In this document: positions 24,728 to 36,697 of the stretch, piece by piece
Layout of the letters: each line of letters opens with the position of its first letter
Position numbering within the stretch: position 1 is the stretch's first letter
Assembly: GCF_039654945.1 (NCBI RefSeq)
Contig: NW_027361825.1
Location: 22,754,001 to 22,818,000, forward strand
Source: Dendrobates tinctorius
Lineage: Eukaryota
Direction: 5' to 3'
DNA length: 64,000 bases
Notes under the pieces: model-generated
Told to the model about the DNA's origin: nothing
The model's database searches: none
The model's input: the letters and a program-made list of their open reading frames with translations, nothing else
Position numbers and translations under genes: made by a program

Positions 24728-27700
24728 GGGCAGGATGAAAGACATGGGGGCAAGATTGCAGGTACAGGGGGCATGACTGCAGACACAGGGGGCATGATTG
24801 GAGACAAAGGGAGCAGGATGAAAGACACAAGGGGCATGATTGGAAACAGGGCAAAATGGAGACATGGGGCAGGATTGGAGACACAGGGGGCAGGATTGGA
24901 GACAGATGGGGCAGGATCGTGGGGCAGGATGGATACGATGGAGACAGATGGGGAGATCATATGGGGCACAATGGATACTCATGAGGGTGGGATGGGAGAA
25001 CATATGGCTGAAGCCAGGAATGAGACACACGGAGGCCAGGATGGGGGATATTATTACCATAGGGGTTAATTAAAGGATATTATTACTGCAGTGATGTATT
25101 TATTTTATTTTTTGAGTATACTGTTTTAAATGGGGGGCAGTCCTGTTACTGTGTAGAGTGATACTATGTTGCCTTTTTTTCTTCATGTGGTGTAGTGTAG
25201 AAGTTGGGAAAAAATAAGTAATGTGTTCTGCAAGTGGAGCTCTAGATCACTGTGTTATTTCCTGCTGAGACGAGCCCTGGCTGGAAGAAGTGATGGCGAT
25301 CTGTGCTGGATGAAAGATGAAAAGCAAGGATGAATGACTTTACCTAGAGACGTCACTGGTGAGTTAGTGTGTTACCTATAAACTGACACTATAAGCTGTA
25401 TACTATATACAGAGGTCCTTTGTATAATGTCACCAGTGATCACTGTATTACCTGTACGTTATATACAGAGCTCCTGTGTATAATGTCATTAATCACTGTA
25501 TTACCAGTACACACACTGGATAGTAAGTACAGATCCCCTGTGTATAATGGCACTTATGGCAATAGTATTGTTTTCTTTATTACTGATCAGTATTGTAGTA
25601 TTCAGTCACTATGTGGTGGTAATATGTGGTCTGGACATGGTGTTGCGGTATTTGTCCCTTGTATGTGCTATTATTTGTTCACTTTGTGGTGGTAATATGT
25701 GGTCTGGTCATGGTGCGGTGGTATTTGTTCCTTGTATGTGATATTATTCGGTCACTGTGGTAGTAATATATAGTCTGGTCCTGGTGTGGCGGTATTTGTT
25801 CCTTGTATGTGATATTAATTATAGGTCACTATGTGGTGGTAATATTGTGTCTGGTCATGGTGCGGTGGTATTTGTCCATTGTATGTGATATTAATAGTCA
25901 TTTTAAAAATTGAAAAATTAATACAAATGTACCTAAATTGTACTGCATATTTTAACAAATATTTAATAGGTTACAGTAGAGCAGAGCTCAGCCAAAAGTG
26001 TCTACAGTGTTGTGATGGCGGCTTAAAAAATATTTTGTCGAAAAAAAAAATCTGCCAGCTATATGTGTGATCTGGTGATGGGAACTGTTAATGTGTGATT
26101 GGTGAGAAGTGGAGTTTTCCAAGAGAGGGCGGTGGGACTGTGGACAGTTTGAAGGGTGGAGGCAGGGCTGGAGTGGAGCCTGGGCGGAGTCTTATGGGGG
26201 CCCCGAAAATTTTCCCAGTATGGGGCCCAAAATTCCTAGTGGCAGCCCTGCCCCTACCCATATGCTGCAGCAGTTCAGGAGTGTGCAGAGTGCGGACACT
26301 GGACAGTGTGGAATGGATGGATCCTCTTGGTCTGGCCTGCACTGCCTGCTCCAGGTAAGGGTTCTGCCAGAGCTGAGCAGGACTGAGGGACTGAGACCGA
26401 GGCACAGGCATGATTTTGGGGGGCTCCTGGGGTCGGGGAGAACTGAACATGGCAGGCATGATTTTGGGGGGCTCCGTCCTGGGGAAGAACTGAAGCATGA
26501 TGGCCTGGCTGCTCATGAATGGGGGGCCCCTGGCCTGGGGAGAAGGAAAGCATGGCCTTGGCTGCTCATGAATGGGGGGGCCCTGGGGAGAAGCATGGCT
26601 GCTCATGAATGAGGGGGGCCCTGGGGAGAAGCATGACTGCTCATGAATGGGGGGGCCCTGGGGTAGATGCTTGGCTGCTCATGAATGGGACGGCTCATGG
26701 GGGGGAGAAGAAACATGAATCGGGCGGCCCACATAGGGGGAGAAGCAGCATAAACTGGGGGGGGCACATGGGGAGAAGCAGCATAACCTGGGGGGGCCAC
26801 ATAGGGTGAGACGCACTATGCCAAAAGTAGACCGCATATGAGGGAGAGCATTATGAAACAAAGGGAAACGGAGGTGCCTATATATATTACCTATCTATAT
26901 GTTTACATAACTTTGTTGCCCTATGAAGGACGGGGGGGGGCCCGAAAAATTTCTTGCACAGGGGCCCACTACAGTCTGTGTCCGCCCCTGGAGTGCTGGA
27001 AGGGTGTACTTAATCTTATCTGGAAGTTGTCTGGATCCCTCACCTGAGAACTCAGCATTGAAGCAGGCATCTGTGCATGCCAGAATTGTAAGTAAAGCCC
27101 TTGGAACTACATGCATTTGTATCATCTACCTTCTTTCTGCGCCTCTCACTCAGCACTGCTACATCCTCCACTCCACACTACCTCACCATCTACAGACTTA
27201 TCTCAACTGCCCTGGGACTACAGCTCTGCCTGTGGAGAGCTTTACCAACTCTGCTGCATTATAACATCTGTCCCAGAGAAGCAACACTGCAGCGCTGGTC
27301 ACCACTAACCAGAGACCACAGGTGGCATCACGAATTCATACAAACTCTATTCCTATTTAATTGTACCCCTTTTACATGAACGCCTGGGGCCACGGACCGG
27401 GTCACTGCCACAAAGTTATAGATATCGTTAACAGTAAACAAATTTACAATAACAGACTGGTACAGAGGGGAGATGACCCTGTCCTTGCGGACTTACATTC
27501 TACGGGATAGTGGGGAAGAGACAGAAGGTCGGGGGTGCAGCAGCTCTGGTGGTGATGAGGCGGCAGCTCAGGCGGTGGTGAGGTGGCGATGGTGATACCA
27601 TCATGTTCAATAAAGCACAGATTCAACTACAGTCTCCTTATTGGACCCCGGTATAGTGGTTTAGCTGCCTGTATAGCTGCATGAATTCTGCTTCATTTAG

Positions 27701-29120
27701 TGAGGACCGAACAGGGGGTATACTATTTTCTATGGGGTGGTGGGTTGTATTATATTCTATAGAGGTACATTATATTCTATGGGGAGGCTGGTTGTATTAT
27801 ATTCTATGGGGGTACATTATATTCTATGGGGAGGTGGGCTGTATTATAGTCTATGGGGGTACATTATATTCTATGGGGAGGTGGACTGTATTATATTCTA
27901 TGGGGGGTACATTATATTCTATAGGGAGGTGGGTTGCATTATATTCTATGGGGGTACATTATATTCTATGGGGAGGTGGGCTGTATTATATTCTAAGGGG
28001 GGCTACATAATATTCTATGGGGGGCTGTATTATATTATATTCTATGAGGTGTGATTGTGTAGTACTCGCAGGTACGGGGGATGCAGTGACGAGGCGTGAG
28101 ACGGTTTGAGCTTTAAGGTGTAACTTTTATATCAATGTATGCCTTTGGGGCTGTCTTGAGCAACCAAGAAACAAGCTAACAATAATTGTCCTCGCAGGGA
28201 CCAACCACAAAAATACACTGTTAATGCGAACACGACTACCCGGCAAAGGCCAGCCACTATAGGGTCGCGGTATGGCCGACTACGGGTCCTTAGTTCCAAT
28301 GTGTCACTTATCTTTCTGACGTCCGGCGAAGTGCTGTTCGGCGATGCTCCGGTGTTGCAGCCGCTGGGCCCAGCCGGCGAGGATCTGATGAAGTCTTCGG
28401 GCGTTCCTACACCCAGACGAGGTAGAGGCACAACAGGCCCCTGGGGAGTTCCTCTGCGCAGAACCTCCTGTCAGAGGCGATATGTGTAGCTCGGGGACTG
28501 GGCGGTGTAGACCCAAGCCACAGGCCGGGGACGGGCGGCAGGGTGGAGTGGAGCGACGGGGCCCACAGGCGGCAGCAGACAGGTAACGGTACCCGCGGGC
28601 GGTAGCGGGCAGTCCGCAACCCCGGACTGGAGTGGTAGCAGCAGACAGGCCACAGGCAGCAGCGGACAGGCCGCAGCCGCGGGCCAGAGCAAGGTGGTGG
28701 CGGCCGTGGGCGGTAGTGGACAGGTCGCAGCCGCGGGCTGGAGGCAGGCGGTGGCGGCCACGGGCGGCAGTGGACAGGCCGCTGCCACGGGTTGGAGGCA
28801 GGTGGTGGTGGCCACTAGGAGCGCGGCTGAACGGTCGGCGTCTCCCTCCTAGACGGCTAGGTACCATCTCCCTTCTGCCTATGGTGAGTCTCCCTGCAGT
28901 CTCTCTGGTCGCTGCTCTCCCCGCTCTACTCTGGCTCTGGCTTTTGCTCTGGCTCTCTGGCGCTTCTTGGCTTCCTTCCTCCTCCTCTCCTGTTCTGCTG
29001 AATCACTCCTCCTGGCGTACTCAGTCTTTTTTATAGTGGCTCCTCCCGCAACCTCTCTGGAACTCTCTATGTCCCGTCCTCTAATTCTGTCCCCCGGAAA
29101 CAGTCTCCCTAGGAACCTTG

Positions 29121-29699
29121 TAGTAGAAAACACCGTGTGCACTACTGTAGTGGTGCCAAGCTAGGTTCCCAAACCATATATGATAAAATGAAAACCTGGC
29201 ACTCAACTTAATGCTTGGTGAGGCAGTTTATTGTAGTACCAGAAAACGTTTCAGTCAATATAGACCTTCATCAACGTGCTAGTATGTTTGAAAGTAGCTT
29301 GAAGGAGGGCGCTTTTTATGTTATTCACTGATAACGCCAGTAATCAAATGGTCAGAATGCTGCTGTAACGCAGGATAATCTTAATAGTTGAAAATATCAG
29401 CGCAGCCTGGTCCTCCTGGACGTGGGTAAACACCACTTGACAAGTGGTGTTTACCCACGTCCAGGAGGACCAGGCTGCGCTGATATTTTCAACTATTAAG
29501 ATTATCCTGCATTACAGCAGCATTCTGACCATTTGATTACTGGCGTTATCAGTGAATAATATAAAAAGCGCCCTCCTTCAAGCTACTTTCAAACATACTA
29601 GCACGTAACTGATGAAGGTCTATATTGACCGAAACGTTTTCTGGTACTTCAATAAACTGCCTCACCAAGCATTAAGTTGAGTGCCAGGTTTTCATTTTA
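29121..29699. mobile_element. Penelope-like inverted pseudo-LTR insertion (~257/260-bp palindrome arms)
   Basis: Absent from the sister LTR; flanked by a 15-bp duplication TCCCTAGGAACCTTG; hammerhead core followed by AATAAA. Confidence 0.75.
29596..29646 (+). ncRNA. Minimal type I hammerhead ribozyme motif
   Basis: CTGATGA-A-GGTC(TATATT)GACC-GAAAC-GTT; stem I AA/TT plus TACTAG/CTGGTA; palindromic AACGTT stem III. Confidence 0.7.
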
Positions 29700-29844
29700 T
29701 CCCTAGGAACCTTGGTGACAGCCCCCTTGGTTCCGGCCCGGGCACACAGCGGGGACGGCTCCTCCTACACTCCCCCATCCTGTATGCTCCCCAGTCCTCG
29801 GGCGAGAGCTTAGGGAGGCCTGGGCTGGTTTTCTGTAGCGAAAG

Positions 29845-32800
29845 TTACTTTTGCCATACGAACTGGTCCTGTTCGTGGCGTTCAGGGGGCTTTCCAGCTG
29901 TCGTTCGCTTGGAGCGCCATGGTCCGACTGCGGCTGCGGTGGAGTCTTCTGGGGTGGCGGCAAGTGGTGGGTTGACCGAGCCTGGTGAGTTGACTGCGTC
30001 TGCCGGAGTATCACCTCCTGAAGTGTCCGTTTGTACTGTCGGGGGTTCTTCTTCGTCGTCATCGTCCCAGGCTGCTGGTGGGGGTTCTAAGACCTGGGGA
30101 GGGGCCTCAGGTCGCGCAGGGTCTGCGGACGTACCGGGTCGTAACATATTGCGATGTACAGTACGACTAGGGAGGTCCTTGTCTTTTTCTGATTGTGTCT
30201 CGTACACTGGCCCATCGGGGCTTACCCGGCGCAATACCCGATAGAGTTCCTCTTCCCAGCGGGGTTCTAACTTGTTCTGAGGGCGCTGATCACACACGAG
30301 TACTCGATCTCCAGTCCGGAATTCAATGAGTTGAGGCAGCGCCCCCCCCAAGGTGTTCCAGGTCCTGAAGTTTGGTGTGTACAATTCGGTGCAAGGTTTG
30401 CAACCGATGCCGATGATTCCGGACCCACGAGGAGACCCCTGTCCATGGTTGTTTCTCTGAGACCCCTGTCCATGGTTGTTTCTCTTCTGGATTCAATTCT
30501 ACTTCCGTAATTCCTTTGCCTTCCCGGTCGAATAGCAGCGTGTAGGGAGTGTACCTGGTGACTCGGTGCACCCGGTTGTTATAAACCCATACCAGTTCAG
30601 GGACGTATTCAGGCCAGCGGGCCTTACGGTCATTCTCCAGGGTGCGCAACATTTGAATCAATGTCCGTTTAAATCGCTCGCATGCCCCATTCCCTTGTGG
30701 GTGATACGGAATGTTTCGGGATTTGTTGATGCCATACAGTCGGTGTAGTTCTTCCATGACTTTTCCCAGAAAGCATGCGCCTTGATCTGAATGGATCCAT
30801 TGGGGGCAGCCATAAACTTGGATAAAGTTTTTGCAAATCGCATAGTCGGCTGATTCTGCGGTTTGATCTCGGGTAGGAGTCACCATGGCGAATTTGGTGA
30901 AATGGTCCACCATGACAAGACAGTGTTCCATACCCTTGGTATGCCGGGCCAATGGTCACATAGTCTACCATCAAGAGTTCGAGGGGCGCTGCTGTGACAA
31001 TTGTCTGGACTGGAGTCCGCTGCGCAGGTGGTTTGGCTAGTTCACATAGGCGGCAGGCACGACAAACTTCTTCCACGGCGGTCTGCAAGCGAGGGTGGTA
31101 GGCCTTTTGCTGCAGCCACTGCAATGTCTTTTGCGCCCGAAAATGTGCCCCTTTCTCATGAGCCTCGCGGGCAAGCCCGCTGAGTTGGGCTCCCGGTACC
31201 ACGACCTGCCAAGTGATTGCTGATGTTGTCCGTGATACTGTTTTCCGGTACAATAGTCCTCCTTCGATCACCAATTTTTCCCATTGTCGTAACATTAATA
31301 AGGTATCCTGGGTTAAAGTTTGCCATTGAATGTCATTAGGTAGTTGGCCCGTGGCCACCCACTGACGCAGGGGCCCAATTTCTTCATCTTCCTGCTGCTG
31401 CTGGATCCATTTATCCCGGGACTGTTCTAGCATGCCCCTAGCGGGCCCTATGTGAGATTGTTCTTGGGTGAGGGCGGTGAGTTCGGCAGGGGCCAGAGCG
31501 AACGGCGTCTCTTCTCCTTCTAATTCTTCGACCCGGCTTCGCCCTGGAGTTGTACGTCGGATCCTGGACAGCGCGTCAGCATGTACATTCTCCGCTCCTC
31601 TATTGTAAATGATCTTGTATTTGAATTTGGCCATCCGGGCCACCCATCGTTGCTCCAGGGCCCCTAGTTTGGCATTTTCGAGGTGGGCCAGTGGGTTGTT
31701 GTCGGTCCGGACTACCACCTCGGAGCCTGCCAGGTACTCTGCGAACCGCTCCGTCATGGCCCACACTACCGCGAGGAGCTCGAGCTTAAAGGAGCTGTAA
31801 TTATCAGGATTACGTTCAGAGTCGTGGAGTGATCAGCTGCCATAAGCAATCACTTTCTCCCGGCCGTCTTGGACTTGCGACAATACAGCTCCTAGCCCGT
31901 GAAGACTCCCGTGGGTGTGCAGTATGAACGGCTGCGAGAAATCCGCATAAGCTAACACTGGGGTATCCGAGAGTGCGGCCTTAAGATCTTGGAAGGCCTC
32001 TTCCTGCGGTTCTCGCCACTGAATCTTCCATCCATTTGCTCCCGCAGGGGCCCCCTTTGGCAGGTCTTGCAGGGCTCGGGCTCGAGGCGCAAAATTATTT
32101 ACGAAACTACGGTAGTACCCGGCCAACCCCAAGAAGGCTCGTACATCTTTTACCGTCTCAGGAGTAGGCCACCTCTGGATCGCGGCGACCTTTTCCCGGG
32201 ACGGTCTTACGCCTTCTGCAGAGACGGTATGCCCCAGATATTCGATCTGCGTCCGGATTAGGTGGCATTTCTGGGGTTTTACCTTCAATCCGTTCTTCTG
32301 CAGTCGGCCGAGCACCTGCCCCAACCACCGCAAGTGGTCCTCAAATGCAGCGGCATAGATGATGATATCATCCTGGTATATCAGCGTGGCCTTGTGTCTC
32401 CCAGACACCGCTCCATCAGCCGTTGAAAAGTCCCAGGGGCGTTGGTCAGTCCAAACGGCACACGATTGAATTCAAACAGTCCCATGGGAAGAATGAATGC
32501 AGTCTTGGCCCGGTCTTCTTCCGACATTGGCACCTGCCAGTACCCGCTGGCCAGATCTAAGGTCGAGAAATATGTCGCTTTTCCCAAGGCGGATAGGGAT
32601 TCTTCAATGAGGGATTCTTCAATGAGTCTTTGATGGTACAGGCGTTCAATTTCCGATAATCCACACAGAACCGCAAACTGCCATCTTTCTTGTGGACCAA
32701 CACGATGGGGGCTGCCCAAGGGCTCTGGCTTTCTCGAATGACTCCTTTTCGCAGCATTTGGCCCAATAGAGTCTTTACCTCTTGATAGAGCTGTGGGGGA

Positions 32801-34650
32801 ATTTGCCGATATTGTTCCCTAATAGGAGCCGTTCCTGCAGCGGGGATACCGTACGTGATAGCCGTGGTACATCCGAAATCGTCCTCATGTTTGGCAAATA
32901 CCTCCAGAAGTGTTTTTACCTGGAGTATCTGGGCCGGGGTGAGGCCAGAGAGTTCGGCTCGCATCTTTTCCAGGATAATTTGGCCCTTTTCTTCGGCCGA
33001 GGACCCGGGGGTCTGAAGCGATCGGATGGATACTGTCCATGGGTTCCCCATCTGCACTTTTAGCTGGAACGCTGGAGCCGGGAGCACTTCCTCCAGGGGT
33101 CTCACTAGTTTTGCCATTTAGGCCCGTGGTTTCAGAACGATGTCTTGGTCTTCTAGGTTAACGCACCAGGACGGTCCCTTTCTGCACGGTGGCCAGGGTG
33201 CGGGCCACCAGGACCCCGGGGGGCAGGTGCTCCGAGAGGCTCGGCTCCACCTGCATCTCCACTCCTTCCAGGGGCACAGGGGCCCGGATTGGTAAGGCCA
33301 CCACCGTCTGTCCTGGCGGCAGAATGAGCGGAGGGGCTGCAGGAGAGATCACCTTCCCCAGCGCCTCGCCCTCCGGGCAGTCCTGTCGGACTCGCGCTCC
33401 CCGCACCAACTGTTGGAAGACCTGCCCTTGGGGCGTGCAGGAGCCCCACTGGCTCAGAGTCTCTTGGGTGGGCTCGTTCAGGAGTACGCTGCCGAACTCT
33501 CGCAATATATTCATACCCAGGGTCACTGGGTGCTTATCGTTGGCTTCTCCCTGGGTCAGGATCACTCCTCGGCGGCTGAGTGGTTTGCCACATAACGAAA
33601 TCTGCATCCAGACTACTCCGACAACAGGAACTGGCAGCTGGTTGGCGGCTACCAGCTTTATCACGGACCCCCACTGGGGTCTTAGTGCTTTAGGAAAATG
33701 CTGCTGAAAATAAGTCTCTGGCATGGTCGTTCCTTGCGACCCTGTATCAACTAGGCATCGTATGGCACGGCCTTCAAGTTCTGCCCATACCACCGGACAC
33801 GTCGCCGCCAGATCCCCGGGACTTCCACCACCCCTCGTCATGGCTTCTGGCCCCGAGCGGCGTCCCCCCAGCTCAGATGGCCACCGGGGTGGGTATTCCA
33901 CACGCCGCGGGTACTCTTAGGCGAGGTGGCCAGGCTTCTCGTACTCATAACATTCCTGAGGCAGCAGGGCCGACTGCCCCTGGGATTGCGGGGGCCCCCA
34001 GGGTCCTGGGCGTCCCCCAGGCCATTCACTCCTGGCCTCGGCCCTTCTCTTCACCTCGGCCAGTCCGCCTCTGATATCCTTCTGCTCCCATTTTATGTCT
34101 TCCACCCATTGTGGCTTTTCAATGGCATTCACGAAGACTTCCGTGCTCCGGACCTTTCCCACGGGGACTGTCAACCCCTGCTCCTGTTCCTGCGCACGCG
34201 CCTGACTCCCCACCTCAGAGAAAGCCAAATGCGGGTTTACCCGGACCTGCTGCCACACAGCCTGCTTAGTCAGAGGGTCTCGGAGACCGGTCACTAAAAG
34301 GTCGTGTAGGTTGAGGTTGATGGGTCCCACCCCTATGCCGTCCTTCCGCTCTATGGCCGTGTATAATTCCTGAAGAGCATTCATGTACTGGGTGACCATC
34401 TCCCCTTCCCCTTGCATACGACTGAACAACCGGGTTCTCAGTTCCTCCACATTTGTCGGATCCCCATGTGTTTTCTCCAATATCTGTAAAACCCTTACAA
34501 AGGCCAAGTCGGGGGTCATCGTATGCATTCTAAACAACCCTCGCATCCATTCCGTCCAGCTCCACAGCATAGTATTGGCACCGGAGTACCTAGGCAGGTT
34601 GCTCACCATAGCCCCCAAAGAAATGCTGGACCGGGAGCAAGCGTTGCCCC
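29845..34650 (-). pseudogene. Gypsy gag-pol, frameshifted
   Basis: PR LVDTGSQ; RT WAAPIVLV...FCVDYRKLN, LDLASGYWQ, YQDD; RNase H TDNNPL; integrase VDHFTKF, HSDQG, YHPQGNGACER, in several frames. Confidence 0.92.
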
Positions 34651-34691
34651 CTTTTTGGACTGCGGCATCCCCGCTCACGCTCAGAGACTGC

Positions 34692-34709
34692 ATCCTGCCG
34701 ACTACGCCA
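34692..34709 (-). other. Primer binding site, tRNA-Ser type
   Basis: TGGCGTAGTCGGCAGGAT, 2 nt inside the 5' LTR, complementary to the vertebrate tRNA-Ser 3' end. Confidence 0.85.
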
Positions 34710-35911
34710 AATGTAGTACTCACAGGTACGGGGGATGCAGTGACGAGGCGTGAGACGGTTTGAGCTTTAAGGTGTAACTTTTATATCTATAGATGCCTTT
34801 GGGGCTGTCTTGAGCAACCAAGAAACAAGCTAACAATAATTGTCCTCGCAGGGACCAATCACAACAATACACTGTTAATGCGAACACGACTACCCGGCAA
34901 AGGCCGGTCACTATAGGGTCACGGTATGGCCGACTACGGGTCCTTAGTTCCAATGTGTCACTTATCTTTCTGACATCCGGTGGAGTGCTGTTCGGCGATG
35001 CTCCGGTGTTGCAGCCGCTGGGCCCAGCTGGCGAGGATCGCCCAACCGGCGAGGATGTGATGAAGTCTTCGGGCGTTCCTACATCCAGATGAGGTGGGGG
35101 CACAACAGGCCCCTGGGGAGTTCCTCTGCGCAGCACCTCCCATCGGAGACGATATGGTGTAGCTCGGGGACTGGGCGGTGTAGCCCCCTGCCACAGGCCG
35201 GGGACGGGCCGAGGGCTGGAGTGGAGCGACGGGGCCGCAGCCACGGGCTGAAGTGAAGCAACGGTACCCGCGGGCGGTAGTGGGCAGGCCGCAACCCCGG
35301 CCTGGAGCGAGGCGGTGGCGGCCGCGGGGGCAGTGGACAGGCTGCAGCCGCAGGCTGGAGGCAGGTGGTGGCGGCCACTAGGAGCGCGGCTGAACGGTCG
35401 GCGTCTCCCTCCTGGACGGCTAGGTGCCGTCTCCTTTCTGCCTGTGGTGAGTCTCCCTGCAGTCTCTCTGGTCGCTGCTCTCCCCATTCTGCTCTGGCTC
35501 TTGCTTTTGCTCTGGCTCTCTGGCGCTTCTTGGCTTCCTTCCTCCTCCTCTCCTGTTCTGCTGAATCACTCCTCCTGGCGTACTCAGTCCTTTTTATAGT
35601 GGCTCCTCCCCCAACCTCTCTGGAACTCTCTATGTCCCGTCCTCTAATTATTTCCCCCGGAAACAGTCTCCCTAGGAACTTTGGTGATAGCCCCCTTGGT
35701 TCCGGCCCGGGCACACAGCGGGGACGGCTCCTCCTACAATTGCATCATACTCTGTGGGGGCTACATTATACTATATGAGGGCTACATTGTTTTCTATGGG
35801 GGGTAGATTATATTGTATGGGGGGCTTCATTCCATGGGGAATTCATTATACTATACGAAGAACTATGGAATGCCTTATACTATGGGAAGTGAATTGTACT
35901 ACATGGATGTC

Positions 35912-36697
35912 TGTCACGTGGACCCGTCCTGTGTGACGCGACCAGCAGCCCGGTAACTAGAACAACAGGACGCGGCACGTGATACTGTCCTGTGTGACAC
36001 GGCTCGCAGGCCGGTAACTAAAACAACAAGACAAAGGGAAGGGAAACAGTTACAATGGTGGGCCCAGCGATAGGGAAAAGGGACGTGGAGACCTCCTGCA
36101 CTCCACTGAGTCAGTGTCCCTAACGCTCCTAACGTTCCCTATGCTGGTTCTGCACTGGACGCTGATCACAAACCTGTCGCCCTAGCACACCCTACACCTA
36201 TCCCTTACTAGGGAGCTGGGTGGCGCAGGCACTGGCCCCACCGCTGTGCTAATACACACTAAGGAAAAACACAAACAGGGAAACACAACTTAGCTTTACT
36301 CTGTTGAATTTGCTCCTGGCAACAGAGTCCACCACCAGAATGCAGCTCTCCTCCTGAATCGCTGCCACCAAGCTCTGTCAGAGCTACAAGGAAATCCCCT
36401 ATGATTCCTTCCACACCAGGGCTAAGACAGTGCTGCAAGGAACGCTCTCCAGCTCCTTCCTCCACCAAGGATGGTTGAAATGAACACTATCACCAACACT
36501 GATTGCAACACCTGTGACTCTTTTATAGCAGAGCCAGCAATCACACCTGCATTATAATCATGTGCACTTAACTAAAGAAACAAGAGTGCAATGACGCTAA
36601 CCACCACCGGGGGCAAAAACCAACCTTAAGCACAGCTTAGGGAAAAAAAAGATTACCTGTGCTTTATATCTGTCATGATCCAGCATGGATCATGACA
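35912..36697. mobile_element. Solo LTR
   Basis: TGTCACG...CATGACA termini; flanks ATGTC / ATGAC (4 of 5 match). Confidence 0.65.

Larger units (their letters stand above)
22248..26990. mobile_element. Non-autonomous hAT element with internal minisatellites
   Basis: TIR CAGGGGCGGAC / GTCCGCCCCTG; perfect 8-bp TSD GAGTGCTG. Confidence 0.85.
20642..27412. mobile_element. LTR related to the 2981-3948 solo LTR, interrupted and 3'-truncated
   Basis: Starts TGTGGCACCCC...GTCGCCACA; 27310-27412 resembles the 3' part of the 2981 LTR (CCACAGGTGGC..., GGGCCACGGACCGGGTCAC). Confidence 0.65.
20369..27713. mobile_element. Solo LTR split by nested insertions
   Basis: Termini TGTTCTGTCTC / GAGGACCGAACA with GGGGG on both flanks. 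Confidence 0.6.
28058..35738 (-). mobile_element. Full-length Ty3/Gypsy LTR retrotransposon (5' LTR 34712-35738, 3' LTR 28058-29769)
   Basis: Two ~1 kb similar LTRs TGTAGT...CCTACA, 4-bp TSD ATTG, PBS, PPT (29770-29781), gag-PR-RT-RH-IN order. Confidence 0.95.

Noticed and set aside
22334-25073. Repetitive Pro/Gly-rich ORFs
   Set aside because: Minisatellite artefacts within the non-autonomous hAT.
26221-26250. Internal hAT-like end (...CTAGTGGCAGCCCTG)
   Set aside because: No matching left TIR or TSD found, so it could not be delimited as a separate element.
28132-29164. ORFs of 90-255 aa in the Gypsy LTRs (also 34720-35778)
   Set aside because: GC-rich LTR sequence; frames are not conserved between the two LTR copies.
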